Assembly: GCA_001244265.2 (NCBI GenBank)
Contig: CDLV01000012.1
Span: 744,001 to 808,000 of the forward strand
Length of the DNA stretch: 64,000 bases
Reading direction: 5' to 3'
Origin: Microbotryum violaceum
Lineage: Eukaryota
The notes beneath the pieces are model-generated. The model was not told where the DNA came from and did no database searches. It saw only the letters and a list, made by a program, of their open reading frames with translations. This document shows, in pieces, positions 60,967 to 64,000 of the stretch (the first letter of the stretch is position 1; each line of letters opens with the position of its first letter). Position numbers and translations under genes: made by a program.

Positions 60967-62602
60967 ATGGGATCCGGAAAGAAGAACAAGCGTGGTGGAG
61001 CTCCCAAAGCCAAAGGAAGGCTCGCGGCAGGTCAGTTTGTCCGTCCATCTAAGCTCCTGTATCGCACCATAACCTCCCCACCCACTGACCTCCCCGAACC
61101 TTACACTTCTCCGCTCTCAGCATTGTCAACGGCGCAGCAGGCCGCAGCACTAAAGGCGCGTCAAGCCCAAGCCGAAGCCAACAAGGAGGAGCTGCTCAAC
61201 AACAAGAAGAACAAGGAAGCCAACAAGCAGGCCAAGAAGAAGCGCCGCATCGAGAGGCTGCTGAACGAAGTCGCCGAAGAGAAGCGCAAGGGCAAGGAGA
61301 GGGCCACCGAACTGCAACAACTGCTAGACGAAGAAGAGATGTCGTCCGACGAGGAAGGGTCCAAAGCAGAAGGGACGAAGGAGATCGTCGTCAAGACCGT
61401 GGCACCACCGAGGAAACGACGAGGAACCGTGCCGTACAAGCTCGGAGAGAGAATCTTGCTCGTCGGCGAAGGTTTGTCGGTCCCCTTCGCTTTTCGGCTC
61501 TGCTGGACATGTACAACATCGATACTGACAGTAACGCTCGTATGCAGGTAATTTTTCCTTTGCTCATGCTTTGCTCCTGGCCCAGCCCCCGATCGTCACC
61601 CCCCAACTCCTGTACGCGACGGCCTACGACTCGCAGCAAGCTGCGCAGGAGAAGTACCCCGACCTCATGGAACACGTCAACGCGATCCGCAAGGCCGGCG
61701 CTACGGTCCTCTTTGGCGTCGATGCGACGAAGCTGCAGGCATGCAAGGAGCTCAAAGAGCACAAGGGCGCGTGGGATCGGGTCGTCTTCAACTTCCCGCA
61801 TGTCGGTGCGTCCCTCGACTTCTCGGGAACTCACAAGCCATCGATGACTTTTTTCTTCATCTTACTGACTTGCTTTGGATCGTCGGATATCATGACAGGT
61901 CAAGGAATTACTGACCAAGATCGCAACGTCCGAGCAAATCAAACGCTGGTCTTGGGGTTTTTCCGCTCTGTCGCGCCATTACTCCGCGTCGGCACCTCCT
62001 CCATCGCTGCCGCTAGCACCAAGAAGGCACAAACGAACAAAAAAGGGAAGCGAACTCGCCGCGACGATTCCGAGGACGAAGCCCAACCCATCGGACACGG
62101 CGATGACGACTTTGATTCCGACATGGAGGTCGACTCGGCAGAACTCGCCAACCCGGCTCTTCGCCCCCTCCCACCCCCACCTACGACGTCGGGGACGGTG
62201 CTCGTTACGCTCCGAACGGTCTCACCGTATTCGCTTTGGTCGGTACAACACCTCGGCACGCGAGGATCACTCTTAGCGCCGTCGATCTTGCCGAAACCGT
62301 TGCCCAAGACGCCCCAGCCTGATTATCTGCTCGTGAGGTCGTTCGAGTTTGACCCCAATGATTGGCAAGGGTACGAGCATCGAAGGACGGTCGGATTCAA
62401 GGAGGGCGTCAGTTCGGAAAAAAACGACGACTTGCAATTGACAGCGAGGGAGAGGGGCGAGAAGAGGAGGTGGGAGAAGGAACAGCAAGAGCGGAGGGAG
62501 AAGGAGGAGAGGGATGCGAATGCCGGGATCCGGAAAGGGGGCAAGGCGCTGATGAGGACGTGGGAGTTTGAGCTCAAAGACGTCGATGGGCTCTACGACT
62601 AA
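60967..62602 (+). CDS. BMT5: 25S rRNA (uridine-N3)-methyltransferase Bmt5 (DUF2431)
   Basis: ILLVGEG / NFSFA, LYATAYD, FGVDATKL, FNFPHVG, ITDQDRNVRANQ and GYEHRRTVG. Confidence 0.9.
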
Positions 62603-62804
62603 ACCACAGGCTTTCGATGTTGGCAGGGTTGCAATGTTCCTGAAATGCACTTCCTTGTTGCAAGTCTAATACAACATTTATGACCGGCCTAGTACAGATG
62701 GCGAAGTCTGAAGGTATAAACAACAAGAACGGGTTTAACAAACAGAGGCAGAAAGACAGAGACAGGGACAGGGGCAGGGGGAGATAATATGCGATGCACT
62801 CTTT

Positions 62805-64000
62805 TCAAGTTTCGAGGGAATCCAACATCCTGAGTACTTCACGCGCCGTCGGTCGATTCTTCTCCTTGGGGCTCGTCATGGACTTGAGAAGCATCCTGAT
62901 TTCGAGCGGGACCAAGTCGTGGCCGTTGAGAAAGTATTGATGCGGCGTGCCATCAACATAAGTCGTCGGTCCAGAGAACGCCATAGTCGGGTTATCGTCC
63001 TCATCTTCGTCCTCGGACGACTCGAAGGCGCCATGACTCGCCTTCGAGGAAAGGTTTTGCAAGTCATCATCGTCGTCCGAGGAGGGGGAACGGGGCGGCA
63101 GGGCGAACAGGTTGGAGGGGTGGCTTCTGGGAAGAGCTGATGGAGAGGCCGACGGCGAAGGCGAAGCCAGCACACTCAGACTAGCCGGGGAATCGTGAAC
63201 AGAAGCGGAGGCGCCCCCGCTCGGGGAGAGAAGCTTCTTCGCCAGTACCGCCAGACCCCAGCTGTTCCTGCCGGACGTACTCGCCATGCTGTGAACGCTA
63301 CGTTCGCTTTCGATCGAAGCGCTACGTCGGAGGCTCGAAGTCGATCGACCAGACGACAAGTACGACACACAACCGCCGCTCGAGCTGAGCAAGCTCAGGT
63401 TCGTCCCGCTGTCGGCTCGACTGTGGGTCCCGCTACGGATGCTGCGGATTGAGCTGCGCCGCGAGACACTCGCACTGCCCGTATCGTTGCCACGCTCGCG
63501 ACGCCGTTGCTCCCACTCCCAATAACCGCCACGCCCGACCCACAGCATCCTCTCGACCGTGCGCATGTTGGCAAAAGGTTCAATACCCGTGGTGAGGACG
63601 CTGAGGGTCACGCCGAGCGAAAAGATGTCGGCGGAGTGACCAAAAGGGGATGGTGCGGGGCGCACGAATTCTGGCGGTGCGTATGGCGGCGTTCCGAGGC
63701 CCAGAGGGTCGGTAGGAGCTGGGTGAGGTGACGTCGCGGAGGGCAAGAACATTGACATTCCGAAATCGGCAAGTCGGATCGAAAGATCTGAAGCGACCTG
63801 TGGGCACGCCAGCACACGGCTCGTCAGATCAATAGTAACGCAGGGGCTCACCGCCAGCAGCGCTGCGAACTCACGAGCACATTTTGTGGCTTGATATCGG
63901 CATGCAATACCCCACGCTCATGGGTCCACGCCACAGCTGCGACCAGTTCGGTGGCCCAGGCGAGCCATCGACGTTTGCTCATGCGTTCGGGGAATGCTTT
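62805..64000 (-). CDS. Ser/Thr protein kinase, 3' part (gene starts beyond window end)
   Basis: VLHADIKPQNVL (~63874-63909), RLADFG, GTPPYAPPE, ADIFSLG and NRPTA. Confidence 0.9.

Overview
Gene-dense, intron-rich eukaryotic DNA from a fungus; gene content and intron style suggest a basidiomycete (Pucciniomycotina/Microbotryomycetes-like; inference only). About 24 mostly conserved multi-exon genes can be read: AP180/ANTH (partial), ADA2, prefoldin 4, OGFr-domain protein, Zn2Cys6 TF, glyoxalase I, secreted S8 subtilisin, IPK2, mL61-like, SCOT, histidine acid phosphatase, two HAD hydrolases, an MDR reductase, GDT1, QTRT1, ATP3, TOP1, NDUFB3, NSRP1, RPS23, BMT5 and a partial protein kinase. Accessory DNA includes an L1-clade LINE whose RT lacks motifs 0-3 (20.5-25.4 kb), a deleted Helitron with a canonical 3' end plus a second, oppositely oriented Helitron end (35.5-37.8 kb), an orphan ORF at 32.1-32.7 kb, and a ~5 kb island of decayed orphan genes (52.2-57.1 kb). 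That island holds a tail-to-tail inverted duplication, one arm of which carries a solo LTR with a 5-bp TSD. The best candidates for something new are this hairpin-capable inverted repeat with nearby degenerate RNase III/dsRBD-like peptides (speculative, by-eye motif matches), a start codon split by an intron (NDUFB3), a likely GUG-initiated mitochondrial presequence (OGFr-like gene) and a D-S-R variant next to the TOP1 catalytic tyrosine. Gene coordinates span start to stop including introns and were read by eye; no database searches were run.
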